64,000 nt of DNA from Octopus vulgaris (Eukaryota), in NCBI GenBank assembly GCA_951406725.2, contig OX597817.1:77376001-77440000 (forward strand), given 5' to 3'. The stretch's first letter is position 1, and every line of letters begins with the position of its first letter. The notes below the pieces were generated by a model that ran no database searches, was not told the origin of the DNA, and was given only the letters and a program-made list of their open reading frames with translations. Shown here piece by piece: positions 26,529 to 40,561 of the stretch. The position numbers and the translations under genes were made by a program.

Positions 26529-26811
26529 CATATAAATGGCTGATGACAAACACCGCGCTTGAAACTCAAAAGTACCAATGAATTTGAATGAAACTGTTTT
26601 GATCCATATATATATATATGTGTGTGTGTGTGTGTATACACACACACACTCATAGATACAAGTGTTTGTTCCCTTGACACACACCCACACAAGCATTATA
26701 TTTGTGCGTGTGTGTGTGTGTGTGAACATCTGAAATTGCTTCTAGTAGTACAAGGTTTAGCTGGCATTAGATGTGTAATAAATTATACTGGGCAAAAGTA
26801 ACAAATGATTT

Positions 26812-26851
<40 letters not shown>

Positions 26852-27021
26852 ATACAGAAAAAGGGATCTCTCCAACCAATTCTAAATTTTATTTGGAATA
26901 ATTACCAGCAATTGTACATCCATCTCTATGGATTGTATCTCCACCATGTTCAGTCATCTTGCATGGCACTTTGAGTAAGTTTCTTCTCTTATAAGCCCTC
27001 GGCCACTTAATACCTGGTGAA

Positions 27022-27181
27022 GGAAGTGGCTGTGTGGTAAGTAGCTTGCTTACCAACCACACAGTTCCGGGTTCAGTCCCACTGCGTGGCACCTTGGGCA
27101 AGTGTCTTCTACTATAGCCTCAGGCAGACCAAAGCCTTGTGAGTGGATTTGGTAGACGGAAACTGAAAGAAGCCCGTCGTA

Positions 27182-27238
<57 letters not shown>

Positions 27239-27456
27239 ATGTGTGTGTGTTTGTGTGTCTGTGTTTGTCCCCCTAGCATTGCTTGACAACCAATGTTGGT
27301 GTGTTTATGTCCCCGTTACTTAGCAGTTCGGCAAAAGAGACCGATAGAATAAGTACTAGGCTTACAAAAAGAATAAGTCCCAAGGTCGAGTTGCTCGATT
27401 AAAAAGGCGGTGCTCCAGCATGGCCACGGTCAGATGACTGAAACAAGTAAAAGAGT
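27022..27456 (+). mobile_element. SINE family A flanked by 116-bp direct repeats
   Basis: Young-looking copy; repeats at 26910-27025 and 27457-27572. Confidence 0.92.
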
Positions 27457-27738
27457 AATTGTACATCCATTTCTATGGTTTGCATCTCCACCATGTTCAG
27501 TGTTCTTGCATGGCACTTTGAGTAAGTTTCTTCTCTTATAAGCCCTCGGCCACTTAATACCTGGTGAAGGAATTTGGCCAATGGAAATGGCAAAAAAAAA
27601 AAAAAAGCCCATCTTGTTTATTTATATATGTGAGTGTATGTGGATGTTTACAAAACTCCACAAAGATATAGCAGCAAATGGTAACTCTTGTTGACATTTC
27701 TTCCTTTATAACCATTCTAGCATAGAAAAATATGTTAA

Positions 27739-27959
27739 CCCTTTTGTTACTGTATTTATTTTGAGATGCTCTGTGTTTCATTCAATTAATTTTAAATATA
27801 ACAAAGAATTTAGTAAAATAACTTAGTTATTATTCAGCTAGTGTTAGGAACATAAATTGTGACTAAGGTTTGACGGAAGATTTTAATTTAAAACCTACAG
27901 AAACAAAATATATGTACTCAGAGCTCGAGCCAGTTTCGGCCTGGTTGATAACGAAAGGG
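27739..27959. mobile_element. piggyBac-type MITE
   Basis: TTAA|CCCTTTTGTTA...TAACGAAAGGG|TTAA: TTAA TSD with CCCT termini. Confidence 0.88.
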
Positions 27960-28788
27960 TTAAACAAAATGAACAATATATATATCATCATCATCATCAT
28001 CATCGTTGTTGTCATCATCATCATCATTGTCATCATCACCATAATGATCATTGCGTAACATTCTTTTTCCATGCTTTGCATGGATCAGATGGAGTTTACA
28101 GAGACAGATAGTTTTCTACAGCTGCATGCCTTTCCTGCCACCAATCCTCACCTGTTCCCAAGTGCAGCATTTCAACTCTGCATGAGTATATAAGTGTGTA
28201 TGTAAAAGGGAGTCATGTGAATGTTTGTGTGTGTGTGTGGATGTGTGTGTGTGTGTGTTTGTGTGTGTATGTGTGTGCGTGCATGTACAATAGAAGTGGG
28301 ATGGTGAACATTCGACGTTGATAAGAAAACTCAAACAGCATTTTGACTCTGTGTGATTATATGTGTGTATGTGTATGCGTGTACGAGGGAAGTATGTGAA
28401 TGTTTGTATGCGTGATTATTATGTACCTTATTATGTACCTTATTTATATATAAAATACTACAATTAACTGTCATTTTTGACGGCACGGGGTCAGTTAGTA
28501 GTTTATAATATATGTTCATCCATCAGACTGACGAAGACCATTAAGTCATCCTCAAGAATGACTGCTGACTTGTTCAGAGACTTTGTTTGAAGTGAAGAAG
28601 AGTTGTGCACCATCGACCTTGCTCTCTCATTTGTGAATGTCTTCAATACTATGACAACATAAGTTAAAGACAACTGGGGATGGAGACAGATGCAATGGAT
28701 GACCACGGTGTCTTATTTTTGCCTCATCTTGCTCTCTGCACTACACAATGCATTGCTGCAGTTGCCTTCCCCTCTATCGAACTATGAA

Positions 28789-28952
28789 GGCACAGGAGTG
28801 ACTGTGCGGTAAGTAGCTTGCTTATCAATCACATGGTTCAAGGTTCAGTCCTACTGCATAGCACCTTGGGTAAGTGTCTTCTACTATAGCCTTAGGCCAA
28901 CCAAAGCCCTTGTGAATGGATTTGGTACACGGATGCCGAAAGAAGCCTGTCG

Positions 28953-28984
<32 letters not shown>

Positions 28985-29178
28985 TGTGTGTGTTTGTGTG
29001 TCTGTGTTTGTACCCCTAGCATTGCTTGACAACCGATGTTGGTGTGTTTATGTCACCATTACTTAGCGGTTCAGCAAAAGAGACTGATAGAATAAGTACT
29101 AGGCTTACAAAGAATAAGTCCTGGGTCGATTTCTTCCAGCATGACCGCAGTCAAATGACTGAAACAAATAAAAGAAAA
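28789..29178 (+). mobile_element. SINE family A
   Basis: All modules present; several CpG-to-TpG/CpA changes. Confidence 0.88.
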
Positions 29179-29264
29179 AAAAGACAAAGAGTCCACCAGA
29201 CCCAGTCTTCACATGCACAAGTAGGCAAGCCCTAATACGTTTATCAACTCATAGCTGGGATCAT

Positions 29265-29410
29265 AACAGGTGCTACTACTCCAGGTCAGAAGGTCGGAGT
29301 AACCCTGGGAACAATAGCAGTTAAGAAGCAGTTCCACACTCCTCTCAGAATCCTAGAACACCCAAATCAGGGCCCCACTACTGGATGCCAATTTGAAGTC
29401 ATACCTATGG
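29265..29410 (-). mobile_element. Probable non-LTR retroelement 3'-end fragment (RTE-like)
   Basis: GGTGCTACTACTCCAGGTCAG...CCTGGGAACAATAGCA...TTCCACACTCC pattern recalled from RTE-type tails; not verified. Confidence 0.35.
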
Positions 29411-30134
29411 TAAAGGTTTAGAAGAGTATCAAAAAGCAGACTATCCCGTGTAGTCCTAAGACATGATTAGAAAGAAATTTCACTGCTGTTTCTAGTAGGA
29501 TGAGTGACTGGATAGAGGTTCCATCATTGGCTCAGACAGTGGGAGGGAGGGAAGGGGTGTGAATGAAGGTGGAAGGAGCCAATGTGAAAACATGTGATGC
29601 TGATGGACAGATCTAATAATCCTCTCTCTACTCCACCCCCACCCCCATTCCATCCTCCCACTCCCCCCCAACCACCACTAGTCACCTCGTTATAATAGTA
29701 ATTATATAGCTACTAACTTAGCCATCGCCTTTGTCTTAATAAAAAGGTAAAAAAAAAAGGAAAACAACAACAAAAAAGTAAACAAGAAATAACCCCAAAA
29801 ATACATCTTGCCAAAAGCTTCAGATTTCTTATGATGATGATGACGATCATTATCATGATCATCATCATCGTCAGCAGCAGCAACACCACCACCACCACCA
29901 CAGCTGCTGTCAACCACCATCATCATCATAATCATCATCACCACCACAACCATCATTATTCCAATCATCACCACCATAATCAGTAACAAAAGTTTCACAG
30001 TAAGAACTTCTAGTAGTTGTAACAGTAGTAATAGTAGTTGGTAATACTAGCTAGCAGCTTTCCTCCAGCAGATCAAAAATATTCCGTCTGTGACCACCAC
30101 AAATTAATATTTTTTTGTTTTGTTTTTGGACATA

Positions 30135-30568
30135 GGCATAGGAGTGGCTGTGTGGTAAGTAGCTTGCTTACAAACCACATGGTTCTGGGTTTAGTCCCAC
30201 TGCGTGGTACCTTGGGCAAGTGTCTTCTACTATAGCCTCGGGCCGACCAAAGCCTTGTGAGTGGATTTGGTAGACGGAAACTGAAAGAAGCCCATCGTAC
30301 ATATGTGTGTGTATATATATATGTGTGTGTGTGTGTTTGTGTGTGTTTGTGTGTATGTTTGTGTGTCTGTGTCTGTCCCCCCAACATTGCTTGACAACTG
30401 ATGCTGGTGTGTTTATGTCCCCGTAACTTAGCAGTTCGGCAAAAGGAACCAATAAAATAAGTACTAGGCTTACAAAAAAGAATAAGTGCTAGGGTCGATT
30501 TGCTCGACTAAAGGCGGTGCTCCAGCATGGTCGCAGTCAAATTACTGAAACAAGTGAAAGAGTGAAAG
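30135..30568 (+). mobile_element. SINE family A, full length
   Basis: GGCATAGGAGTGGCTGTGTGGTAAG through GACTGAAACAAG-like tail. Confidence 0.92.
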
Positions 30569-32010
30569 GGATTAATGAGTATAGGGTATTTGGGATTGCA
30601 TTACCTAATGTATACATCCTGGTAAGATGTGATTTGAGGGTGATTCAGCTAGCATTTCTAGACAAATTGAGTTGCTATGTCTACTACCACAAGTATAGTA
30701 GCAGTAGTAGAATAGTAGTTTTTGTTGTTGTTTAGCTCCAGTTCAGTCATTACTGAACAAACCTATGAACCCATAGGTTTCCAACCATGACTGTCCTGTC
30801 GTTTAGTATATCTGGCACTATGTTAATTTCATGTATCTTTTGTTGTAGTGCATTTAAGACAGGAGGATGTGTTTTAAAAAGAACATGGCTGCTATCTCTA
30901 GCCCTTGGAACGAACCTGGATTGGCTCTCTTATCAATACCTTTGTTACAACCGGGGGTGGGTGGGGGCGTGCAGAGTTACCCGGAGGGGGGTGGGGGGTT
31001 ACAGCCATTTACTAGGTTTACCACTAGTATTACAAGTTACTGTTGTAATACTAATCAGCAGTGGTAGCAGCAGGAGCAGCAGTAGTAGTTGTGGTGCTTG
31101 TAGTGGTGGTGGTGGTGACGGTGGTGTTGGGAAAGCTTGACAGTAAAACAAAAAATTTTTTAATTATTCTTGATTTGGGCACAAGGCCAGGAATTTTAAG
31201 AGAAGTTTAGCTGATTTACAGTCAACCCCAGTAATTGACTGGTACTTTATTTTAATGGTGCTGGTGATAGTAGTAGTAGTAGTAGTAGCAGTGGTGGTGG
31301 CGGCGGTATTACTGTTAGGATCGGGGTGTGATGGTTATGGCCAAACTGCATTTAGCACCAGTAGTACAACTTCCTGTTTGTCATATTAATGCAGTAGTAG
31401 AAACAGTAGTAGTAGTAGTAGTAGTAGCAATAGTAGCAGCAGCAGTACTAGTGGTAGTACCAGCAGCAGCAGTGGCAGCGGTAGCAGCAGTGATGATGTT
31501 GATGTTTTAAAAGTTCATTGATCAAAACTGACTGACAGATCACTCCATCAAATTTCAAATTAACACTTCAGCAACATGATGGATTACTGGGAAGCTGTTC
31601 CTCTGATTAATTTCTCTGCAGTACTCTTCCTTCCATGCCCTCCACCTTTCCACTTTACCCCCCACCCCACTCCCCTTGTCTCATCTATAACTCCCTACCA
31701 AACCATACCATACCGTACCGTACCATACCGTACCATACCATACCATACCAACAACACACTAAAACCAGCACCGATACCATACCAAGCCAGACTAGTTGCA
31801 CAAGAGGCTGAGGTGATGTGGAATAGAGATGGAGAAGAGTGGAAGCAGATACAAATACAAATAAATAAATAAAAATGTAAGGGAAAGATAAAAAAAAAAA
31901 GCACTAAATGTCACATCTAGCTGAGCCACCCCATTGAAGTCAGCAAACCCACTAGACATTGCATCATTTGTCATGTTTAAATACCTGTATTTCATCGAGG
32001 CAACAAATGC

Positions 32011-32082
<72 letters not shown>

Positions 32083-32097
32083 GTACATATATACATA

Positions 32098-32315
32098 TGA
32101 GGGGGTGCTGAAAAGATCCTGGCTTTAAGGGTATAGTGAAAGGCCTGGCTGGAGGCCAAACATGGTGAATTCTTTCACAGGACTTAAAAAAAAACTGAAG
32201 GTCTGATGCAATATGTGTGTGAATCTGAGAGGGGAATATGTTGAATAAAATCATAATTAACAGATCCTCCTCTAGTTTCTTTTGCTCAAGGCCAGGAACT
32301 TTTCAGCATTCCTTG
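32098..32315 (+). mobile_element. mariner-derived MITE
   Basis: TA|TGAGGGGGTGCTGAAAAGATCCTGGC...GCCAGGAACTTTTCAGCATTCCTTG|TA; retains the transposase C-terminus CVNLRGEYVE*. Confidence 0.85.
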
Positions 32316-32335
32316 TATATGTGTATGTATGTAAC

Positions 32336-32757
32336 TCTCTTTAACTCTTTTAACTCTTTTACTTGTTTCAGTCATTTGACTGTGGCCATGCTGGAGCACC
32401 GCCTTTAGTCGAGCAAATCTACCCCGGCACTTATTCTTTTGTAAGCCCAGTACTTATTCTATCGGTCTCTTTTTTGCCGAACCGCTAAGTGACGGGGACG
32501 TAAACACACCAGCATCAGTTGTCAAGCAATGCTAGGGGGACAAACACAGACACACACACAAACACACACACATATATATATATATACATATATACGACAG
32601 ACTTCTTTCAGTTTCCGTCTACCAAATCCACTCACAAGGCATTGGTCGGCCTAGGGCTATAGCAGAAGACACTTGCCCAAGATGCCATGCAGTGGGACTG
32701 AACCCGGAACCATGTGGTTGGTTAGCAAGCTACTTACCACACAGCCACTCCTGTACC
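32336..32757 (-). mobile_element. SINE family A, full length
   Basis: Reverse-complement copy with a (TTAACTCTT)-type tail repeat. Confidence 0.92.
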
Positions 32758-32765
32758 TATGTATT

Positions 32766-32801
<36 letters not shown>

Positions 32802-32823
32802 CGTGTGTGTGTGTGTATGTGTG

Positions 32824-32854
<31 letters not shown>

Positions 32855-33036
32855 TAAATCTAGCCGCACTTTAGCAAGGCAGTCACAAAATCACAAGTTC
32901 AACTTCTGTTCAAACAAGAATTTTGGTGGCATACAAATTTGAGCACTCAGAGTCCATACCTATTAGTCTGAGTCATCCTAACAAAAACTCCTCTTATCTT
33001 TTATATATATATCTATCTAAATCTATATATGTATAG

Positions 33037-33078
<42 letters not shown>

Positions 33079-33242
33079 GGCTTGTTGCCAACTTAATGTG
33101 GCAGTCCCAGGAAAGGGAAGAATACTGCTGCTATTTAGCTCCAAGAAACACTGTTTCTAGTTGGCTACACAACACAAGCATTCTGTGTCCTTCAGTTTTC
33201 AAAACAGGGGAGATAAGCATCCAAACACTCTGAAACGTTTGT

Positions 33243-33425
33243 ATTGGAGTTTCCAGTGCAAATGCCAAGCAATACAGCATGTTTCCAAATTTCTGGCCAA
33301 GTGAATTGCATCATGGTGCTGTTTTTCTCTGAGACAGTGCCCAACTGACCCTACTATACTGTATAGTCGACGAAATAAAGAACATACAATGCACATGCAC
33401 AAAATTTGATGACAAAATGACAGAA
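33243..33425 (-). mobile_element. 5' fragment of the DD37D element (copy 3)
   Basis: Matches 20512-20690 and 37949-38130 (AAATTTCTGGCC...GCCCAACTGACCCTACTATACT). Confidence 0.85.
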
Positions 33426-33715
33426 GTTGAACTCAGAGCATTAAAAGTCAGAAGAAATACCATAAGGCGCTGTTTTCCAATGTCTTGATGATTCTGGCAG
33501 CTTACTGCTCATTAATAATAATAATAATGGTTTCAAATTTTGGCATGAGGGCAGCAATTTTGGAGGAAGGGATGAGTTGATTACATTGACCCCAGTGTTC
33601 AAATGGTACTTATTTTAGCGACCCCAATAGGATGAAAGACAAAGTTGACCTCAGTGGAATTTGAACTCAGAATGTAGTGACAGGGTGAAATGCCAATAAA
33701 CATTTGCTTGGTGTA

Positions 33716-33983
33716 CTCTTTTACTCTTTTACTTGTTTCAGTCATTTGGCTGTGTCCATGCTGGAGCACTGCCTTTAGTTTGTGTGTCTGTGTTTGTCCT
33801 CCCAACATCGATTGACAACCGATACTGGTGTGTTTACATCCCCGTAACTTAGCGGTTCGGCAAAAGAGACCAATAGAATAAGTACTTGGCTTACAAAGAA
33901 TAAGTCCTAGGGTCAATTTGCTCGACTAAAGGTGGTGCTCCAGCATGGCCACAGTCAAATGACTGAAACAAGTAAAAGAGTAA
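33716..33983. mobile_element. SINE A tail (minus) fused to SINE A 3' half (plus)
   Basis: 33717-33779 is the reverse complement of 33924-33983. Confidence 0.85.
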
Positions 33984-34281
33984 TGCTAAAGGGTTAATTC
34001 TAATTTGTGATTGGAAAAGTTATTAACATCAAACAATGCCTGAATCTGTCTATTGATCCTAATCGAAACACACACACACACACATACACACCAAGATATA
34101 CAATGCAAAGAGAAAGAGAGAGAGGTGGAGGAGAGAGACAGAAAGAGACATGTCAATACATGCATGTGAGGCTTAAGTTGAGAAAAAGAGGGAGAGATAT
34201 AAGAAGAGAGTGTACAGACAAACATATACACAGACAGAGCCATTGATAGATAGACACATACACATAGATACATATACATAT

Positions 34282-34312
<31 letters not shown>

Positions 34313-34987
34313 CACACAAACACTAATATATATATATAGATATTATATAAATATATATGCATCTGTGTGCATACGTCTGTGTATAAATTATAAATATATG
34401 ATGACATATATAGAGATAGAGGCAGAGAAAGGAAGAATGAGGGTCATGAATAAAAATGTGTGGTAGTAAAACCTTCCATATTAACATTTATCAAAAATGG
34501 TGAATCTAGAGGCTTTTTTTTTTTTTTATTTAATTATTTATTTTTTTAATTATTTTTTTTTTTTGCAAGCATCTTGAATAAGGGAGTGAAGGTATGACTG
34601 CAGTCCAATGACTGAAACAAACGTAAAAAAATTAATAAATAAAAGAAAAGGCAAAGAGCCAGAAATTTAGCTGGAAAAAATCAGTTGAATGAATATATGA
34701 AGTGCGGTGGTTGATAAATTGCTTGTCTTAATTGACTCTAGGAAGATAAAAGGCAAAGGTAACCACTGTTGGATTTGAACTCACAATGTAAAGAATTTAA
34801 AAAAAGAAAACAATAACATATTTTAAAAAATATGAACAAGGCACTGGCATGGCTGTGTGGTTAAGTAGTTTGCTTCCAAACCACATGGTTTCAGGTTCAA
34901 TCTCACTATGTTGCATCATGGACAAATGTTGTTTGCTATAACCCAGAGCTGAGCCAAACTTTCTGAGTAGCTCCGGTAATTTATTGT

Positions 34988-35192
34988 GCTGGCACCACGT
35001 TAAAAGCACCCAGCACACACTGTAAAGGGGTTGGCATTAGGAAGGGCATCCAGCTGTAGATACCAAGCTAAATCAGACTGGAGCCTAGTGCAGCTCTCCA
35101 GCTTGCCAGCTCTGGTCAAACCAGCCAACCTATGCAAGCTTGGAAAACAGACAGCAAAATATGATGATGATGATGATGATGGTGGTGATGAT
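34988..35192 (+). mobile_element. RTE LINE 3' UTR fragment with (GAT)n tail
   Basis: GGCATTAGGAAGGGCATCCAGCTGTAGA...(GAT)n; same family as 57981-58345. Confidence 0.8.
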
Positions 35193-36726
35193 GTATCTGT
35201 GTGCGTATATATGTGTGTATATTTGTTCTATTCTGTTGATGTTATGCCTTCTTGTCTTGCAATGGCATTCACCCATGAGGGGGTTAAGATAGTTCCTATT
35301 GAGTTTAATGCATTGTGGGTCATGACTGTTCATGCACGTCTGTTAGCAGCCAATTCTGCAGCATGTTGAAGCCATCCCTGGTTCCAGTTACGAGTGCCAA
35401 AGACTCAAAAGCCAGAAATGAGCTCCACATCTACTTTGACTATCATAAATCATGTCTTCAGCTGACCATCTCTCACCTATGCCAACCTGGAGGAAAATCT
35501 GGTGCTATTGCCTTTGGATGAGTTTGTCACAGAGGTGCCACAACATGTGACCAGACCACTGTTGTCCCCTCAAACGATGTTATTCACATCCAGTCTTCTG
35601 AGCTAACATGTCAGACTATGGAGATGTATTACACTCCTCAAAGACAGTTGAGGGTTGGTGACAGGAAAGGCATCCAGCCTTAGAAAATAACACGCAAAGA
35701 ATCTTGTCTGAACCATGCAAAAATGGAACAGTGACTGCTAAAAGGACTGGGTTGAAATCAGTTAATTTTGTTCATAACCTATAAGATAGGTGATTGAAAT
35801 ATATAAGAGCACAATAAATTTTTATCTTCCACTAGTTTCAGACAGGCACTGTGGCCATGCTGGAACACTGTCATTGTGAAGACATGCATAAAAACTAGTA
35901 GTATTTGTGGGGAATGAGAAGAGAAATTTAATGAGAGATACCCTTATTCAATTCTTATTCATATACTCTTGTTGCTGCCTATACTTATTGTACAGTTCTA
36001 AATTGAGAAAAGGCCTTCCAGTCATGAACATCACTTCAGGCTTATATCTTTTATTAATTTATTTATTTTCTATTTATTTTTTTATTTATTTATTTATTGC
36101 AGACAAACTGTGTCTGGGGCTATGATTCCACTGTGCTCTGTTACTTTGAAGAAGGTAGGGTGTGTTTTGAGACCCCAGTTGCTTCTTTGATCAAAGGTAG
36201 TCAAGCTGGTTTCATTCTCCAGATATTGTAAATCTAGAAACATATTACACATTACACCCGTTTTTAGTTTTACTTAGGATGATAGGATTTAAGAAAGCTT
36301 TAGCTGTTACTTCTAACAAGACGAATGACCATGTCAAGATTTCTATGCTTTTCTGTTTTTTTAACCCTTCTGGGTAAAGTTTGTGATGTTATATCTGTTT
36401 ATATTCTAAGTTCAAATCATGCTTAGGTCACCTTGTTTCTCATCTTTCCAGGGTCAATAACAGGGCACCAGTCAAATACTGGAGCAATTTAAGCAGCCCA
36501 TTTCATCACGCCCACTCTCCAAATCTCTAGCCTTGTGTCTTTCTATAGAATCATCATCATTAATGGAACTGTTTTTATTCCAGACAAATTTTTAGCAACA
36601 TTTCCTTTTGCTTTCCATCTTCTAAGTTGAAATTTTACCAAGGAGATTTTGTTTTGTTGCTTTTCATCCTTTCTGCATCAATGAAATAAGTACCAGTTGA
36701 GCACTGGGTCAATGTGATCAACTGTC

Positions 36727-36950
36727 TCTTTTATTCTTTAATTTGTTTTGGTCATTTGACTGCAGCCATGCTGGAGCACTGCCTTGAAGTGCTTTTGTCA
36801 AACAATTTGACCCCAGGACTTATTTTTAAGCCTAGTACTTATTCTATCAGTCTCTCTGCCAAACTGCTGTGTTACAGGGATATAAATACACCAACACCGG
36901 TTGTCAAGCAATGATGGGGGCACAAACACGGACACAAGGAGAAACACACA
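36727..36950 (-). mobile_element. SINE family A, 3' half
   Basis: Reverse-complement tail and central domain. Confidence 0.8.
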
Positions 36951-36974
36951 GCTATATGTGTATATATATATAAT

Positions 36975-37170
36975 TTCACACTGGTGGTTGCCATGATTTG
37001 GTGCAAAATGGATCAGCTGCAACACAGACTTCAGCGTGATGGTTTGGGGGCTCTCCATCATGGTAATGTGTGCTGAGGAAGGTGAGGCTATTATGCCAGT
37101 CCAGAAACTGGTCCACCTGAGTCCAAATACTTGAATGTATGCTGAGAGATTGTCTTAGTCCATTTGCCTT
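36975..37170 (+). pseudogene. Possible Tc1-like transposase remnant
   Basis: Reads FSVMVWG, then MLRDCLSPFA, resembling Tc1 SVMVWG...MLE..LLPF; heavily decayed. Confidence 0.4.
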
Positions 37171-37395
37171 TCAGACAGTTGATTTCTGTAGTTATTATTA
37201 GTGCATTTAGCAAGTTAAATAAGAGTTTTGACTGTTATTTTCAGCAAGTAGACATACTTAGTATGTCCTTTGATTAATTTTAATCCTTCAGCTACATATA
37301 TGTATATATATGCCAAGGGCTGAACAGAAAGAACACAATAAGGGGAAAAAGTTAGATGAAAACAGAGCAAATGGGAATCTAGACATATATACATA

Positions 37396-38157
37396 CAGGG
37401 TGCAGTGAATAAACTGTTGTCTAAATTATGTAAAAATGAAAATTACACTGACATCTCATTTTAACAGATATATTTACGAAAATTACATAAAAATATCTTG
37501 AAATACTAACGAGTAAATTTATTCAATAAAATCACCATTGGTTACAGCCATGGCCTCTAGATGGCTTTGGAATCTTCTGCAGCTCTTCTGGGTGGTCTCC
37601 TTGTTTAAGTTGGTAAATGATACCATAATCCTTGCTTTCAGTTAATTTTTGGTACCACAAGGAGTCTTGTTGGTCTCTTGCTCAACTGTGCTCCATGCAT
37701 AATAATCAAGAGAGTTGCAGTCTGGGGAGTAAGGTGGCCAGATGTTAGGGGTAGTGTGGTTGCAGAAATTGTCTGACAGCCATGACTGGGTTCTCCTGCT
37801 TGTGTAGCATGGTGCAGAATCCTGTTGCCAGACATAGAGTCCTCCAGCAGTCACCCTCTTGGCTCAGGGCAGCACTACCTCCTCTAGGCCTTTGTGTAGA
37901 GTGTGAGGCCATGTGAGAATATGAATGTTGACTGGATGTTTGATTTTTATTAGAGCTTCCAGTGCAAATGCCAAGCAGTACAGCATGTCATTTCTAAATT
38001 TCTGGCCGAGTGAATTGTATCATGGAGCTATTTTTCTCACAGATGGTGCCCAACTGACCCTACTATACTCTGTAGTTAACAAACAAAATTAAAAAAAACA
38101 ATGCACATGCGCGAAATAAAAAATATAAAATGGCAATAATTTTCCCATTGCACCCTG
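37396..38157 (-). mobile_element. Internally deleted DD37D (maT-type) transposon, copy 2
   Basis: TIRs CAGGGTGCAGTG / CATTGCACCCTG, preceded by TA; ORF 37642-37854 WQQDSAPCYTSRRTQSWL...WPPYSPDCNSLDY has 37 residues between the last two catalytic Asp. Confidence 0.92.
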
Positions 38158-38393
38158 TGTATATGTATATATGTGTACATATATATATATATATGACAAG
38201 CTTCCTTCATTTTCCATCTACCATATCCAGCCTCAAGACTTTGATTGGCTGAAGGCTTACATAGAAGATGCCTGCACAAGTTGCCACGCAGTGGGACTGA
38301 ACCCAGAACGAAGAGGCTGGGAAGCAATCTTCTTGCCACACAGCCACGATATATTATATATATATATGTATGTATGTGTGTGTGTGTGTGTGT

Positions 38394-38426
<33 letters not shown>

Positions 38427-38563
38427 TTATCATTCTTATACCCATCTTGTGACAAGTTTTTAACAAGGACTGGTTATGTAAAAAAAATCAAACAAGCACA
38501 CACACACACACACACACAGCTATGTATACTTCAGCATCTGAATAGGACCGTATATCATATACA

Positions 38564-38594
<31 letters not shown>

Positions 38595-38945
38595 CGTGCG
38601 TGCGTGTGTGTGTGTTGTTATTTGTTTATTCTTGATAGTCCTCCCTTTCATTATTGTCTAACAAACTATATTTCTATTGCTGATGTTCTCCATTAATCAT
38701 GAGGATTAACATATAGTCTTTTATTTATTGACTTACTGTATTGTTGCTTTTGTTGTAGTTGGAAATGGTGGTGTTTTATGGACTTTTCTTTGTTTTATTG
38801 TATAACTGTAAAAAAATGTATGTTTGTCTTAATGTGTAGGGTATCTGTATAATGTGTACTTGTGTGTATGTGTGTATGTATGCATGTGCGTAAGAATATA
38901 TACATATATATCATCATCGTTGTCATCGTCATCATCATCATCATC

Positions 38946-39378
38946 ATGCTAGGGGGACAAACACAGACACACAAACACACACACACATACATATATACAT
39001 ATATATGACAGGCTTCTTTCAGTTTCCGTCAACCAAATCCACTCACAAGGCATTGGTCGGCCCGGGGCTATAGCAGAATACACTTGCCCAAGGTGCCACG
39101 CAGTGGGACTGAACCCGGAACCATGTGGTTGGTTAGCAAGCTACTTACCACACAGTCACTCCTGCACCTATAGCCACTCCTGAATACTTTTTATTTGTTT
39201 GTCATTTGACTGTGGCCATGTTGGAGTGCCGCCTTTAGTCGAGCAAATTGACCCCAGGACTTTGTAAGCCTAGTACTTATTCTATCGGCCCCTTTTGCTG
39301 AACCGCTAAGTGACGGAGATGTAAACACGCTAGCATTGGTTGTCAAGCAATGTTGGGGGGACAAACACAGTCACACAA

Positions 39379-39425
<47 letters not shown>

Positions 39426-39589
39426 CGATGGGCTTCCTTCAATTTCCATCTACCAAATCCACTCACAAGGCTTTGGTCGGCCTGAGGCTATAGTAGAAGA
39501 CACTTGCCCAAGGTGCCATGCAGTGGGGTTGAACCTAGAACCATGTGGCTGGTAAGCAAGCTATTTACCACACAGCCACTCCTGCACCT
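38946..39589 (-). mobile_element. Two tandem SINE A copies (38946-39170 partial; 39188-39589 full)
   Basis: Both end in the reverse-complement head CACAG(C/T)CACTCCTGCACC. Confidence 0.9.
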
Positions 39590-40194
39590 ATATATAAAAT
39601 TTTACAAGGAAAACTTTAACAGTAACTTCAAACTTTCAGTTTGCCCACTGTCATCAGACAGTCTAATGGTGGTTAACATGCTGTCACTGTCAAGCTATGC
39701 CTTGTAGAAATTGTAAAAGCACCTGTAAAAATGTACGAGTCCTTACACTGTTATGGCAATCTTTTTTTTTTTTTTGTATTTTTGAAAAGTTATTGGAAAC
39801 TGACACAAAATAAATAAACAAAAATATTCTACTAGGCATTTCTTCCAGTCTGAAATTAATTAATTAAATTTCTTTTTTTTCTTTTCCGAAATCATGTAAA
39901 CTTATTAGGTCACTATTGTATATCTATGTGTTATCGACTACCATATTAAAACTAACATACACAAACAAGCGCTCATGCATTCCTCAATAATTCCTGAATT
40001 CCAAAACAGTGGGAGAGAGCAAGTCAGAGAGACAGAGGAAGAAAACTAAGAAAAAGAAAAAAAAGTACAAAACAAAAACCAAATTAAATTATAAAAAAGA
40101 AACGCTAATTATAACATAAAACATTTTATGAAAACAATTTCACCAGCCTCTCTCTCCATCACTTCTATTATTAGAAGAGTCAGAGTGGGTTAGC

Positions 40195-40228
<34 letters not shown>

Positions 40229-40232
40229 TATT

Positions 40233-40471
40233 TTTTCTTTATTCTTTTACTTGTTTCAGTCATTTGACTGTAGCCATGCTGGAGCACCGCCTTTAGTTGA
40301 GCAAATCAAACTGCAGGACTTATTCTTTGTAAGCCTAGTGCTTATTCTATCGGTCTCTTTTGCCGAACTGCTATGTTACGGGAGGTAAATACACCAACCT
40401 CAGTTGTCAAACAATGGTGATGGTGGGGGACAAACACAGACACACAAACGTATACACACACATACATATAC

Positions 40472-40561
<90 letters not shown>

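Noticed and set aside
35200-35520. Coding-like unique stretch (ORFs 35031-35369, 35315-35521)
   Set aside because: No recognisable motif or convincing splice sites; probably an old transposon relic.
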